A stretch of DNA of 63,869 nt, counting the filler, from Anaerolineae bacterium (GTDB lineage Bacteria; Chloroflexota; Anaerolineae; Epilineales; Epilineaceae): NCBI GenBank assembly GCA_029262755.1. It is 7 parts of 7 records of this genome, joined end to end, with 100 filler letters (N's around TTAATTAATTAA, not from the genome) between each part and the next. Parts side by side here need not be neighbours in the genome. Positions count along the whole stretch, not along the records: positions 1 to 13,622 come from JAJCYU010000389.1; 6 more parts are not named here. One strand, written 5' to 3'. The notes beneath the pieces were generated by a model. The model was not told the DNA's origin, made no database searches, and worked only from the letters and a program-made list of their open reading frames with translations. Both the position numbers and the translations under genes were made by a program. Shown here one piece after another: positions 1-8,836 of this stretch. The first letter of the stretch is position 1; every line of letters starts with the position of its first letter.

Positions 1-142
1 CGGCAAGCAGGGCGCACGGCTAGCAGGCGCAGGGCTAGAAGGCGCACGGCGCGGCATCTATGCGAGAACCAATATGCGAGACCCAACGGGCAACAGAGAC
101 CCAACGGGCTCGCACGGTGTGCCCGTGAACGTTAACGACGAA

Positions 143-164
143 GTGGGGCGCCAAAGCGCCCCAC
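143..164 (-). terminator. Putative intrinsic terminator hairpin downstream of the prfB operon
   Basis: Perfect 9-bp stem GTGGGGCGC-CAAA-GCGCCCCAC, followed on the minus strand by TTCGTCGTT, about 180 bp past the stop of the last minus-strand gene. Confidence 0.45.
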
Positions 165-344
165 ATCGAGCCGGTTCCGATCTGTACGTCGTCGATCGCT
201 CCGCTCCCCAACCGAACGACCAACGTTCACGCACGACTATCGGTGTTAGGACTTCATCCTAGCCGGTGCCGTTGTGCGGTGCTGGACCGCGCCCTGGCGG
301 CTGCCTGACGAGAAGCTGACAGCGGCACAGATACGCCACGTACC

Positions 345-1868
345 CTAGGGAGCGTTCGCTCGCAGTGCGTCGGCGACCGACGCGCCGGACTCCAAGGCCG
401 CGAGCGCCGCGGACGCGGCCTCGAGAAACGGGTTGACCCGCAATGCCAGGCGCACGTCGGCGAGCGCTGCCTCGCGATCGCCGGCAACGTCGCGCGCGGC
501 GGCGCGCCACAGCAGGGACTCTTCGAGGTTGGGCGCATTGCGAAGGTTGGCTTCGGCAAGGGCGAGCACATCCGCCCAGCGTGCCTGGGAGGCGTAGGCT
601 TCGAAAATCGCGTGCTGATACCACAGCATGCGCCAGGGCAGGCCGATGGCACGGGCGCGGTCGAAGGCCGCCGCGGCGTCGGCATGCGCGCCGAGCGCGA
701 CCAACGAGGTTCCGAGGTTGAAGTAGCCGTAGGGATCCGCCGTACCAGCCGCCTCGGCGGCGCGGACTTCCTCCTGGGCGGCAGCCGCGGCGATCGTCCA
801 CATCGCCTCAGGCTGGTCAAACGCGGCCCCGACGATTGCGCGAACGTCGGCCTCGCGGTCCAGGGGATACACCGGCACGTACAGTCGGTTGAACACACGC
901 CAATCCCGGTCGACCTCGTCCTCGTCGAAGACCAGGTTTGGTCCCAGGTAGGAGTCGTGGAAGCGTAGGCGCGCGCCGCCGTCTTCGTAGCCGCTAAGGA
1001 GACGGTAGTGGCCCATCTGGTCATCCGGATCCGTCACGAACCAGGTCTCGAGGATCACGGGGATGCCGGCCGCGGCCAGTGAGCGCAGTTGCGCGAGCGT
1101 TCCGCCCACGAGCACGCGCGCGCCGAGCCCGCGCTCCCTCGCGTAGCGCGCGAGCTCGTGCGGCGCCACGTTCTTGTCGTCCGGATCTGGCTTCAGCCGC
1201 GTGGCCGCCAACGCCTGGTCGCCCGCATAGCCCCACGCGGAAAGCGCCATGTCGATGGTGGCCGGACCGCAGTTGTTCCACGTCTGGTAGCTGTGGCGCA
1301 GCGCGTCGAGGCTTGCTTCTGCGGGAAGGACGGCGGAAGGCGGGGCCGCTAAGGTGGGCAGCGGCGGCGGAGGGCTCGCGCCAGCCGGCGTCGGCGGATT
1401 CGGCGAGGACGACCCGGCAGCCACGGACGCTGCGGGTGCCGGGGATACGTCGCCGGTGCGGCGCGCTTCCGCCGTACTCTGCTCGCCGGTTGCGGTTCGG
1501 GTCCCTGCAGCCACGCTGGTCGTAGCGTCCGAACGTTGGGTGGCCGACCGGGTTGCGCCCGAACCTTGGGCGGACCCTTCGTCCGGGTTGCCCACGCTTT
1601 GCGCATTGCTCTGCCCGTTCCCACCAGGCACGACCACCGTCCCCCACGGCTGCGTGCCGGCCGCAGGGAGCGGCGTCGGCAGCGGGACCGGGGTGCGGGC
1701 GGCGCCTGGCAGCCGCGCCCGAACTCGATACGGCGCGCCCTGCACCGCGGCGGGCAGATGGGGGTAGGCGGCGCGCCAAGCGCGACCGGCAAGGCCCGTC
1801 TGCCACGCTAGGGCGAGCGCGAGGAGTGCCCCGATCGCCCCCGCGACCAAACGCATCCACGGGGTCAC
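345..1868 (-). CDS. Membrane-anchored C39-like cysteine peptidase with C-terminal TPR repeats
   Basis: N-terminal hydrophobic helix, Pro/Ala/Ser linker, YQTWNNCGPAT catalytic Cys motif, MGHYRLLSGY His motif, HDSYLGP, TPR-like helices (YGYFNLGTSLVALG). Confidence 0.8.
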   Translation of the reverse strand: MTPWMRLVAGAIGALLALALAWQTGLAGRAWRAAYPHLPAAVQGAPYRVRARLPGAARTPVPLPTPLPAAGTQPWGTVVVPGGNGQSNAQSVGNPDEGSAQGSGATRSATQRSDATTSVAAGTRTATGEQSTAEARRTGDVSPAPAASVAAGSSSPNPPTPAGASPPPPLPTLAAPPSAVLPAEASLDALRHSYQTWNNCGPATIDMALSAWGYAGDQALAATRLKPDPDDKNVAPHELARYARERGLGARVLVGGTLAQLRSLAAAGIPVILETWFVTDPDDQMGHYRLLSGYEDGGARLRFHDSYLGPNLVFDEDEVDRDWRVFNRLYVPVYPLDREADVRAIVGAAFDQPEAMWTIAAAAAQEEVRAAEAAGTADPYGYFNLGTSLVALGAHADAAAAFDRARAIGLPWRMLWYQHAIFEAYASQARWADVLALAEANLRNAPNLEESLLWRAAARDVAGDREAALADVRLALRVNPFLEAASAALAALESGASVADALRANAP

Positions 1869-2542
1869 GGTGCGTTCTCCGAACCGGCGTCACGCTTCGG
1901 CGGCGACGCGGCGGGTCGCGCATCGCCGTAGGTGGCGGTCATCATCGCGCCGAGCTCGCCGGCGTCGCGGCATTGGCGGCGCACATCGAGCACCCGCTGC
2001 GCCACCGTCACCCAAGCACCGAGCGCGACGAGCGCGACGGTCGCCGCGGGTTGGTTGAGGGCGAGACCGGCCACGAGCACCAGCATTCGTTCCAGGCGGC
2101 CGAAGATGCCGGCCCTCGTATCGCGTCCGATTCCCTCCGATCGCGCCCGTGTGTAGCTGACGAGCAGCGAACCGGAGAGCGCGATCAGGCTACCGAGGCC
2201 CAGCGCAGGGTCCTGCGTCGCGAACGCGCGGGCCAGCAGCCCCAGAAAGAGCAGCACCTCGCTGATGCGGTCCAACGTACTGTCGAGAAAGGCTCCGAAG
2301 GGCGTGTTTCGGCCAGACTCACGGGCCAGCGCGCCGTCGAGCGCATCAAAACTTGCCGCGCCCGCAAGGGCGATCGCGCCCCACCAAAGCGGCCGCTCGG
2401 TCGCGATCAGCCACGCTACGCCGACATGCAAGAGCGTGCCCATCACGGTGAGGGCGTCGGGCGTCAAGCCCAGGCGACCAAGCCCGAGCGCGATGGGCGT
2501 TACAAGACTACGCGTCGCGGCGCGTGCACGCGCGGTGAGCAC
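1865..2542 (-). CDS. CDP-alcohol phosphatidyltransferase (PgsA/PIP synthase-like)
   Basis: Family signature DALDGALAR...FGAFLDSTLDR, plus SYTRARSE and multiple TM helices. Confidence 0.9.
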   Translation of the reverse strand: MLTARARAATRSLVTPIALGLGRLGLTPDALTVMGTLLHVGVAWLIATERPLWWGAIALAGAASFDALDGALARESGRNTPFGAFLDSTLDRISEVLLFLGLLARAFATQDPALGLGSLIALSGSLLVSYTRARSEGIGRDTRAGIFGRLERMLVLVAGLALNQPAATVALVALGAWVTVAQRVLDVRRQCRDAGELGAMMTATYGDARPAASPPKRDAGSENAP

Positions 2543-2545
2543 CGG

Positions 2546-3686
2546 CTAGCCCGCGTCGTCTTCGCCGGCAGCCACGAGCGTATCGTCCGCCGCTCGTTCG
2601 CCGACTTGCGCGCGCAACCAGGCGTCGATCAACCCGTCCAGCCCGCCGTCAAGGACGGCGTTCGGGTTGCCGATCTCGTGCGAGGTGCGGTGGTCCTTCA
2701 CCATCTGATAGGGCTGCAACACGTAGCTGCGAATCTGGTTGCCCCATCCGGCCTCCACGTGCTGACCCTTCAGCTGGGCTGCCTCCGATTCGCGCCGTTC
2801 CAATTCCGCCTCGAGCAACCGTGCCCGCAGCATCTTCCACGCGGTCTCTCGGTTCTGAGCCTGCGAGCGTTCGTTCTGGCAGCTGACGACGATGCCGCTG
2901 GGTTCATGGGTGAGCCGCACCGCACTCGAGGTCTTGTTGACGTGCTGCCCACCCGCGCCGCTCGCGCGGTAGATGTCGACGCGAACTTCCTCTTCCTTGA
3001 TCTCGATCTCGACGTCGTCGTCGATCACGGGCGAGGCCTCCACCAGCGCAAAGCTGGTATGGCGTCGCGCGCTGGCATCGAAGGGCGAAATGCGCACCAG
3101 CCGGTGGACGCCTCGCTCTGCGCGCAGAAGCCCGTAGGCATGGCGTCCGGAAATCTGAAGCGTCGTGCTCTTGATGCCGGCCTCTTCACCCGGCGTCAGG
3201 TCGAGGATCGTCATGCCAAAGGCGCGCTTCTCCGCCCAGCGCGTGTACATCCGCTGCAGCATCTGGGCCCAATCCTGGCTCTCCGTGCCTCCAGCGCCGG
3301 CGTGGATCGAAAGCAGGGCGTCGTGGCCGTCATACTCGCCCGAGAGCAAGAGGGCCGTTTCGCCGGCCTCCAGCGCCTTCTCGAGTTGATCGAGCTCTTT
3401 GGAGAGCTCTGCGCCCATCTCTTCGTCTTCCCCGACCAGCGGGGCGAGCTCCAAGGCATCGGTCACGCGTGTCGCAAGACTGCGCCAATTGTCGATGTCA
3501 CCCTGCACGTCGTTTAGTCGCTGCATGACCTGGCGCGCACGATCCGGATCATCCCAGAGATCCGCGGCGCCGGCGGCTTCCTGCAGCGCGTCGAATTCGG
3601 CGTCCATGGCGGGTAGGTCAAAGACGCACCATGAGGCCCTGGATGCGCGTGTCCAACTCTTGGAGGCGGCCGGTGATATCATCCAT
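2546..3686 (-). CDS. prfB: Peptide chain release factor 2, expressed via a programmed +1 frameshift
   Basis: GGQ motif (SGAGGQHVNKT), SPF motif, GTESQDWA. True start ATG at 3686 (MDDITGRL...VRL) with AGGAG RBS at 3695-3699; CTT-TGA-C shift site at 3617-3623. Confidence 0.97.
3617..3630 (-). promoter_or_regulatory. prfB +1 frameshift cassette
   Basis: Minus strand GGTG-CGT-CTT-TGA-C: internal SD-like GGTG, 3-nt spacer, slippery CTT-T and in-frame TGA. Confidence 0.9.
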
Positions 3687-3909
3687 GTTCGTAGCTCCTG
3701 CGGGGCCGTCGATCAAGGCCCAAGGCGAGCGACGGGGGACGCTAAGTCTAGCAGACCGACGTGTCGCGTCGTCCGTTCGGCGGTCTGGGCAGCCCACACG
3801 ACAAACGGTCGTCGCCCAGGTCCGGCCGGCATCACGAACGCGTGGGAAGGTTGCCGGAGGGAGGACTCCGGTTTGCCGGTGGACGCAGCAAGCACCCTCA
3901 CACAAGGCC

Positions 3910-4530
3910 ATGGAAGATCGCCACGTGACCCCGTCATCACCAGAGCAACGAGTCCCATCGACCGGCGGTAGCCCCGCGCCGCGGCGCGACGGGCAACGAC
4001 CGCTGCGCGGTACGGATCTCAAGCGCTTCCATCGCACGGTCCGCCGTGCTCACGAGTCGCCGCGCCGTATCGCGTTCGTTCTCGAAAACGTGGCCTATCC
4101 GGTCAACGTCGGATCGTTCGTGCGCATCGCGGACGCGCTCGACGCCTCGTTGGCGCTCGCCGGCACCACGCCGCCGCCGACGCAGCCTACGGCCGCCAAG
4201 GTGGGACGCGGCAAGCATCAGCGCGTTCCATGGGCGCAGCACCCCGACGCGCCGACCGCCATTGCGACGCTGGTGGCCGATGGCTTCACGCCGATCGGCC
4301 TCGAGATCACCTCCGACGCCGTGCCGTATCACGAGTTCGAATGGCCGGATGCCGTTGCGCTCGTGGTCGGCAGCGAGGATCACGGGCTGACGGCGCGTGC
4401 GCTTGCCGCCTGCCGCGCGACCGTGTTCGTACCGATGCTCGGCCGCGGGCGCTCGCTCAACGTACACGTCGCCGCTGCGGTGGTGGGCTACCGGGTGCTG
4501 TTGGCGCCGCGCGGGGGTGGAAGTGCGTAG
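3910..4530 (+). CDS. TrmH/SpoU family RNA methyltransferase
   Basis: SPOUT motifs VLENVAYPVNVGSFVR, LVVGSEDHGL, VPMLGRGRSLNVHVAAAV; start at ATG 3910 is a best guess. Confidence 0.88.
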   Translation: MEDRHVTPSSPEQRVPSTGGSPAPRRDGQRPLRGTDLKRFHRTVRRAHESPRRIAFVLENVAYPVNVGSFVRIADALDASLALAGTTPPPTQPTAAKVGRGKHQRVPWAQHPDAPTAIATLVADGFTPIGLEITSDAVPYHEFEWPDAVALVVGSEDHGLTARALAACRATVFVPMLGRGRSLNVHVAAAVVGYRVLLAPRGGGSA

Positions 4531-4754
4531 CGGGGCGCGGTGAGGCGAATCAGGGCGAGGCGAGATTCCTGATCGGACCGCCTGCTCGCGCTGCGTGTTC
4601 CATCAGCCAGAACGGCCAACGTACCATCGTGGCTTGCGCCAGGCTTCGTCACGTCGCGGGCACGAGCTACGCAGGCCATCGCATTGCTCGTCGCGCGGTG
4701 ATCGGCTTCGGGTCGCGTTTCCCGGCGCCGGGGACGGGAAAGATTTTGGCACTG

Positions 4755-5819
4755 CTAGCGGTTGGCGCGCGATCCACCGAGGAGGCCGTCGACATACGCG
4801 GCCGCGTCGAAGGGCGCGAGGTCCGTTTCGCCTTCGCCGGTGCCTACCCAGCGGATCGGGATGCCCAGCTCGCGCGTTACTGCGAACGCGACGCCACCCT
4901 TCGCGCTGGAGTCGAGTTTGGCCAGCACGATGCCGGTCACGCCCGCGGTCTCCGTGAATCGTTCGGCTTGGCGGAGCCCGTTCTGCCCGGTGGTCGCGTC
5001 GAGTACGAGCAGCGTCTCGTCCGGCGCTCCCGGCATCTCGCGCTCGACGATGCGCCGCACTTTGTCCAGCTCCGCCATCAGGTTCTTCTGTGTGTGTAGA
5101 CGGCCCGCCGTGTCGATCAGAATCACATCGCTCTGGCCCGCTTTGGCCGAACGAAGGGCGTCGAAGACAACCGCACCCGGATCACCACCCGGCGTACCGC
5201 GCAGGACGGGAGCGCCGACTCTCTCGCCCCACGCCGCGAGCTGGTCGATCGCCGCTGCCCGGAAGGTATCGGCCGCGACCAGGTACACCCGTTGATCGGC
5301 GTCCATCATGCGCCGTGCGAGCTTGGCGACGGTCGTGGTCTTGCCGCTGCCGTTCACGCCGACCATGAGGATGATGTGCGGCCGCGATCCATCACGAATC
5401 TGGGACCATTCCGGCTCGGTTGAAACGGGCGACCTTCCGCCCCGATCGCGAGGGCCGCGCTGCGTATCACGATCACTGTCCGCCCCTGCGTCCTGCGCTT
5501 CGTCCGGCTCTCCTGTGCGCTCCAAGCGGCGAATCATCACGTGGCGCAGCAAGCGGGGAAGCTCCGAAGCACGGCGCACTCCGGCGTGGCGGGCCTGTTC
5601 GCGCAGCTCCTCGACCATGTCGACGGCCGTTGCCGCGCCCACGTCGGCTTGGATCAGCACCACCTCGAGATCGTCCCACGTCTCATCGGTGATGTCCGCG
5701 GCGCCCAGCAGCGCGCCGAGCGCTCCGCGCAGCCCGCCGCTCGAGCGAGAGAGGCTGTCGGCGAGGGCCTGCTGGTCGTCCGGCGTAGCCTCATCGCGGC
5801 CGAAAATACGCTTGAACAC
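4755..5819 (-). CDS. ftsY: Signal recognition particle receptor FtsY
   Basis: GVNGSGKTTT, ADTFRAAA, DTAGRLH, DATTGQN, AKLDSSAKGG motifs. Confidence 0.96.
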   Translation of the reverse strand: MFKRIFGRDEATPDDQQALADSLSRSSGGLRGALGALLGAADITDETWDDLEVVLIQADVGAATAVDMVEELREQARHAGVRRASELPRLLRHVMIRRLERTGEPDEAQDAGADSDRDTQRGPRDRGGRSPVSTEPEWSQIRDGSRPHIILMVGVNGSGKTTTVAKLARRMMDADQRVYLVAADTFRAAAIDQLAAWGERVGAPVLRGTPGGDPGAVVFDALRSAKAGQSDVILIDTAGRLHTQKNLMAELDKVRRIVEREMPGAPDETLLVLDATTGQNGLRQAERFTETAGVTGIVLAKLDSSAKGGVAFAVTRELGIPIRWVGTGEGETDLAPFDAAAYVDGLLGGSRANR

Positions 5820-5885
5820 GGTAGGCTCCGGGACGTGGGCGTAGGCGCGGGGTGAATGCAGACCTGCGCCGCGTGAAGGGGGGCG

Positions 5886-5894
5886 ATTCTAGCA
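5886..5894 (-). promoter_or_regulatory. Putative extended -10 element for ftsY
   Basis: TGCTAGAAT on the minus strand about 65 bp upstream of the ftsY start. Confidence 0.45.
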
Positions 5895-6037
5895 TGGCGT
5901 ACCCGATCCGGAGTGCGGGGCGCACGGTCGGCGCGGGCCGGTCCCGCGGCGATATCACGGATTGCCTCCTCCGGCGGGACGCGATGTCCGGGCGAAGGCC
6001 ACGCCGCCGCACGCCCCCAGGGACGGGCGCGGCCGCG

Positions 6038-6046
6038 TGCTATAAT
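6038..6046 (+). promoter_or_regulatory. Putative extended -10 element for the argS operon
   Basis: Consensus TGCTATAAT in very GC-rich DNA, 80 bp upstream of argS. Confidence 0.65.
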
Positions 6047-6126
6047 CCGCGCCTTGTCTTGCCCATACGCGGCGCGCGTCGCAAGCGCGCCTCGGACCGG
6101 ATCCGTCCGCCCCCGGAGGCGCCGTC

Positions 6127-8112
6127 GTGGAAGCCATCGATCGCCAGCTGGCCGCGTTGCTGCGCGAGTCCATCGGTCGCGTTGTGGGCGAGCCATGGGA
6201 AGGCCCCGTGCCGGTCGAGGTCTCCAACCGACCGGACTTGGCGGACTATGCATCGCCCGCTGCCTTCGCGTTGGCCGGTCGGTTGCGCCGTCCGCCGCTG
6301 GAAATCGCGAACGAGCTCGCGGCCGATCTCACGACGCATGGCGCCTCGATGCTCGCCTCCGCCGAAGCGGCAGCGCCCGCGTTTCTCAACCTGCGACTCA
6401 GCGACTCGTTTCTCGCCGGCTTGGTCGAAGAGACCGTAGCGCGCGCGGGACGGATTGCGGACGACGGCACGGGCGCGGGACACAAGATTGTGCTGGAACA
6501 TACCAACATCAATCCCAACAAGGCCGCGCATGTCGGGCATTTTCGCAACGCTTGTCTCGGCGACACCGTGGCCCGCATGCTGCGCAGGCTCGGACATCCG
6601 GTCGAGGTCCAGAACTACATCGACGATACGGGCGTGCAGGTGGCCGATGTGGTTGTCGGCCTGCGCTACCTGGACGTACCGGAGCAGGGCGACGAACCCT
6701 TCGACCGCTATTGCAGCGACGTGTACGTGGCGGTGCAGCAGGCCTACGCCGCGGACGAATCGCTCGTAGCGCGGCGGGCCGAGGTGCAGCACGCCATCGA
6801 GTCCGGCGAGGGCGAGTTGGCTACGGCCGCGCTGGAAACCGCACAACGAATCGCCGCATGCAATCTTGCGACGATGGCCCGCGCGGGCATCGGCTACGAC
6901 CTCCTGACCTGGGAGAGCGACATCTTGGCGCTCGGCTTTTGGCAGACCGCCTTTGCGCGATTGCAGGAACAAGGCGTGATCGTCGCCGAGACCGAGGGCC
7001 CGAACGCAGGCTGCTGGGTCGTGCCCTTTGGCGTCGGCACGGTGGAGACCGAGGAAGGCACCGTCACCGAAGACAAGGTGCTGGTCACCAGCCGTGAGAC
7101 CGTCACCTACACCGCGAAGGACATCGCGTACCAGATGTGGAAGTTCGGCCTGCTCGGGCGTGACTTCTTCTACCGGGTCTGGGGCGAGCAAGGAGACGGA
7201 TCCACCCTGTGGACGAGCACGCGGCACGAGCTGGAGCATGACCCCTCCGCGCCGCGTTTCGCGGACGGCGAGCGGGTCATCAACGTGATCGATGATCGTC
7301 AGAGCTACCCGCAGCAGGTTGTCTACGACTGCTTGCGCCGCATGGGCTTCGAGGCCGAAGCGGATGCGAGCGAGCATCTGGCCTACGCGGTCGTCAGCCT
7401 CAGCGTGGAGGCGGCGCGCGAGTTGGGCGTCGCGGTGGACGAGGATGCGCGCAAGGTTGCGATGAGCGGCCGCGGCGGTATTCAGGTCTATGCGGATCAA
7501 TTGCTGGACCGGCTCGCCGCGCGGATTGCCGCGGCCAGCGCAGAGCGCGCCGAGACCGACGAAGCGGCGGCCCAGTCCGGAGCGCCCGCCCGGACTCGGC
7601 CGAGCGACGAGGAGGCCGCCGAGACGGCGGAGCGCGTGGCAACCGCGGCAGCGCGCTATTACATGTTGAAGTTCGGGACCACGCAAGAGATCATCTTCGA
7701 TTTTGAGGATGCGCTGCGCACGACCGGAGAAACGGGCGTGTACCTGCAGTATGCGTTGGTGCGCGCATCGGGAATCGCACGTAAGCTCGCTGCGGGCGAC
7801 GCCATTGGACCACGGCCGTCGCCTGCGCCGACGGACGGCGTGCCCGATGCGGATCGCGCGCTGCTGTTGCGCATCGCAGACTACCCGCGCGTGCTGGCAA
7901 CCGCCGCCCAGCAACGCGAGCCGCTGGCGCTGGCCAAGTACGCCTTCGACCTCGCTGTGGCCTTCAACCGCTTCTACGACAACACGCCACCCATCGTGGC
8001 CGAACAGGACGAGGCGCTGCGTGCATGGAGAGGCGGTCTCGTGGAGTCGTTCCGACACGTCTTCGGCGACGTGCTCGATGTATTGGGCATCCCCGTACTC
8101 GAGCGACTCTAG
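6127..8112 (+). CDS. argS: Arginine--tRNA ligase
   Basis: EHTNINPNKAAHVGH (HIGH-like), NYIDDTGVQ, YTAKDIAY, MSGR, GETGVYLQYA, C-terminal DALR domain. Confidence 0.95.
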   Translation: MEAIDRQLAALLRESIGRVVGEPWEGPVPVEVSNRPDLADYASPAAFALAGRLRRPPLEIANELAADLTTHGASMLASAEAAAPAFLNLRLSDSFLAGLVEETVARAGRIADDGTGAGHKIVLEHTNINPNKAAHVGHFRNACLGDTVARMLRRLGHPVEVQNYIDDTGVQVADVVVGLRYLDVPEQGDEPFDRYCSDVYVAVQQAYAADESLVARRAEVQHAIESGEGELATAALETAQRIAACNLATMARAGIGYDLLTWESDILALGFWQTAFARLQEQGVIVAETEGPNAGCWVVPFGVGTVETEEGTVTEDKVLVTSRETVTYTAKDIAYQMWKFGLLGRDFFYRVWGEQGDGSTLWTSTRHELEHDPSAPRFADGERVINVIDDRQSYPQQVVYDCLRRMGFEAEADASEHLAYAVVSLSVEAARELGVAVDEDARKVAMSGRGGIQVYADQLLDRLAARIAAASAERAETDEAAAQSGAPARTRPSDEEAAETAERVATAAARYYMLKFGTTQEIIFDFEDALRTTGETGVYLQYALVRASGIARKLAAGDAIGPRPSPAPTDGVPDADRALLLRIADYPRVLATAAQQREPLALAKYAFDLAVAFNRFYDNTPPIVAEQDEALRAWRGGLVESFRHVFGDVLDVLGIPVLERL

Positions 8113-8192
8113 TCCGATCAGACGGCGCCTGCCGTCCAATCAAGATGCCCGGCACGTGATTGCCCGCGGCGAAGGGAAAGAAGCTCGTGACC

Positions 8193-8831
8193 ATGGACCA
8201 GCGGGAGGTCGTCCGACAACGCATCCTCACCCTCGACGGGCTGCTCGCTGATCCGAATGGCCCGTTCGGAACCTCCGGTGGAGCGCTTGCAAAGCGCCTG
8301 GCGGACGGGTGGAATACCGAACGCCGCCTGCTCGGCCGCATTCTCGCCGAGACCAAGGGCGATGACGTGCGCGCGACCCTCGGACGCTGGCAGGAGCGAA
8401 CGGCCGCCTTCGCCGAGAAGAGCGAAGCGGACGAGCCTTCCTGGAATGACAAGGAAGGAACGGTATGGCGGGCGGAGGAAGTCTTGCGCTTGCTGGACGA
8501 TTTCGCGCGACGGTTGGACGCATGGATTCAGTCCGCAGGCGGCCAAGGCGCCGCGGGAGCTTCCCCGCACGCGAGCGCAGGTGCGGGTGGCGGATCCGGG
8601 TCAGGTACCGCCGGGACTACGCAGCACGCGGCGGCCGGGGGTGCCACAGCAGGTGCAGGCGATGCCCCGAGCGTGCCCGCCACCGGAGCGCGCGATGCCA
8701 TCGATCGGGAGACCTTGCGCGAGATCGTCGGCGACGATTTCGACGAGGAGGATCTTGCCGTCGACGAGGCATCCGATGACGATGATGACCGCTACGAAAG
8801 CGTATTGGGCTCCGGTCCGGGACCGCGGTAG
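8193..8831 (+). CDS. Hypothetical protein (helical N-terminus, Gly/Ala linker, acidic tail)
   Basis: Fits between argS and the amidohydrolase on the same strand with typical coding composition; start uncertain. Confidence 0.7.
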   Translation: MDQREVVRQRILTLDGLLADPNGPFGTSGGALAKRLADGWNTERRLLGRILAETKGDDVRATLGRWQERTAAFAEKSEADEPSWNDKEGTVWRAEEVLRLLDDFARRLDAWIQSAGGQGAAGASPHASAGAGGGSGSGTAGTTQHAAAGGATAGAGDAPSVPATGARDAIDRETLREIVGDDFDEEDLAVDEASDDDDDRYESVLGSGPGPR

Positions 8832-8836
8832 CAGAC

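Noticed and set aside
2546..3682. prfB as a pseudogene, or starting at 3682 as in the ORF track
   Set aside because: The frame break is the canonical programmed CTT-TGA-C frameshift; the true start is 3686
1553..8139. Long alternative ORFs such as 1553..3517 (+) and 6040..8139 (-), and similar ones elsewhere (42966..44273, 61094..62812)
   Set aside because: Antisense or off-frame shadows of well-supported genes, expected in high-GC DNA; no recognisable motifs
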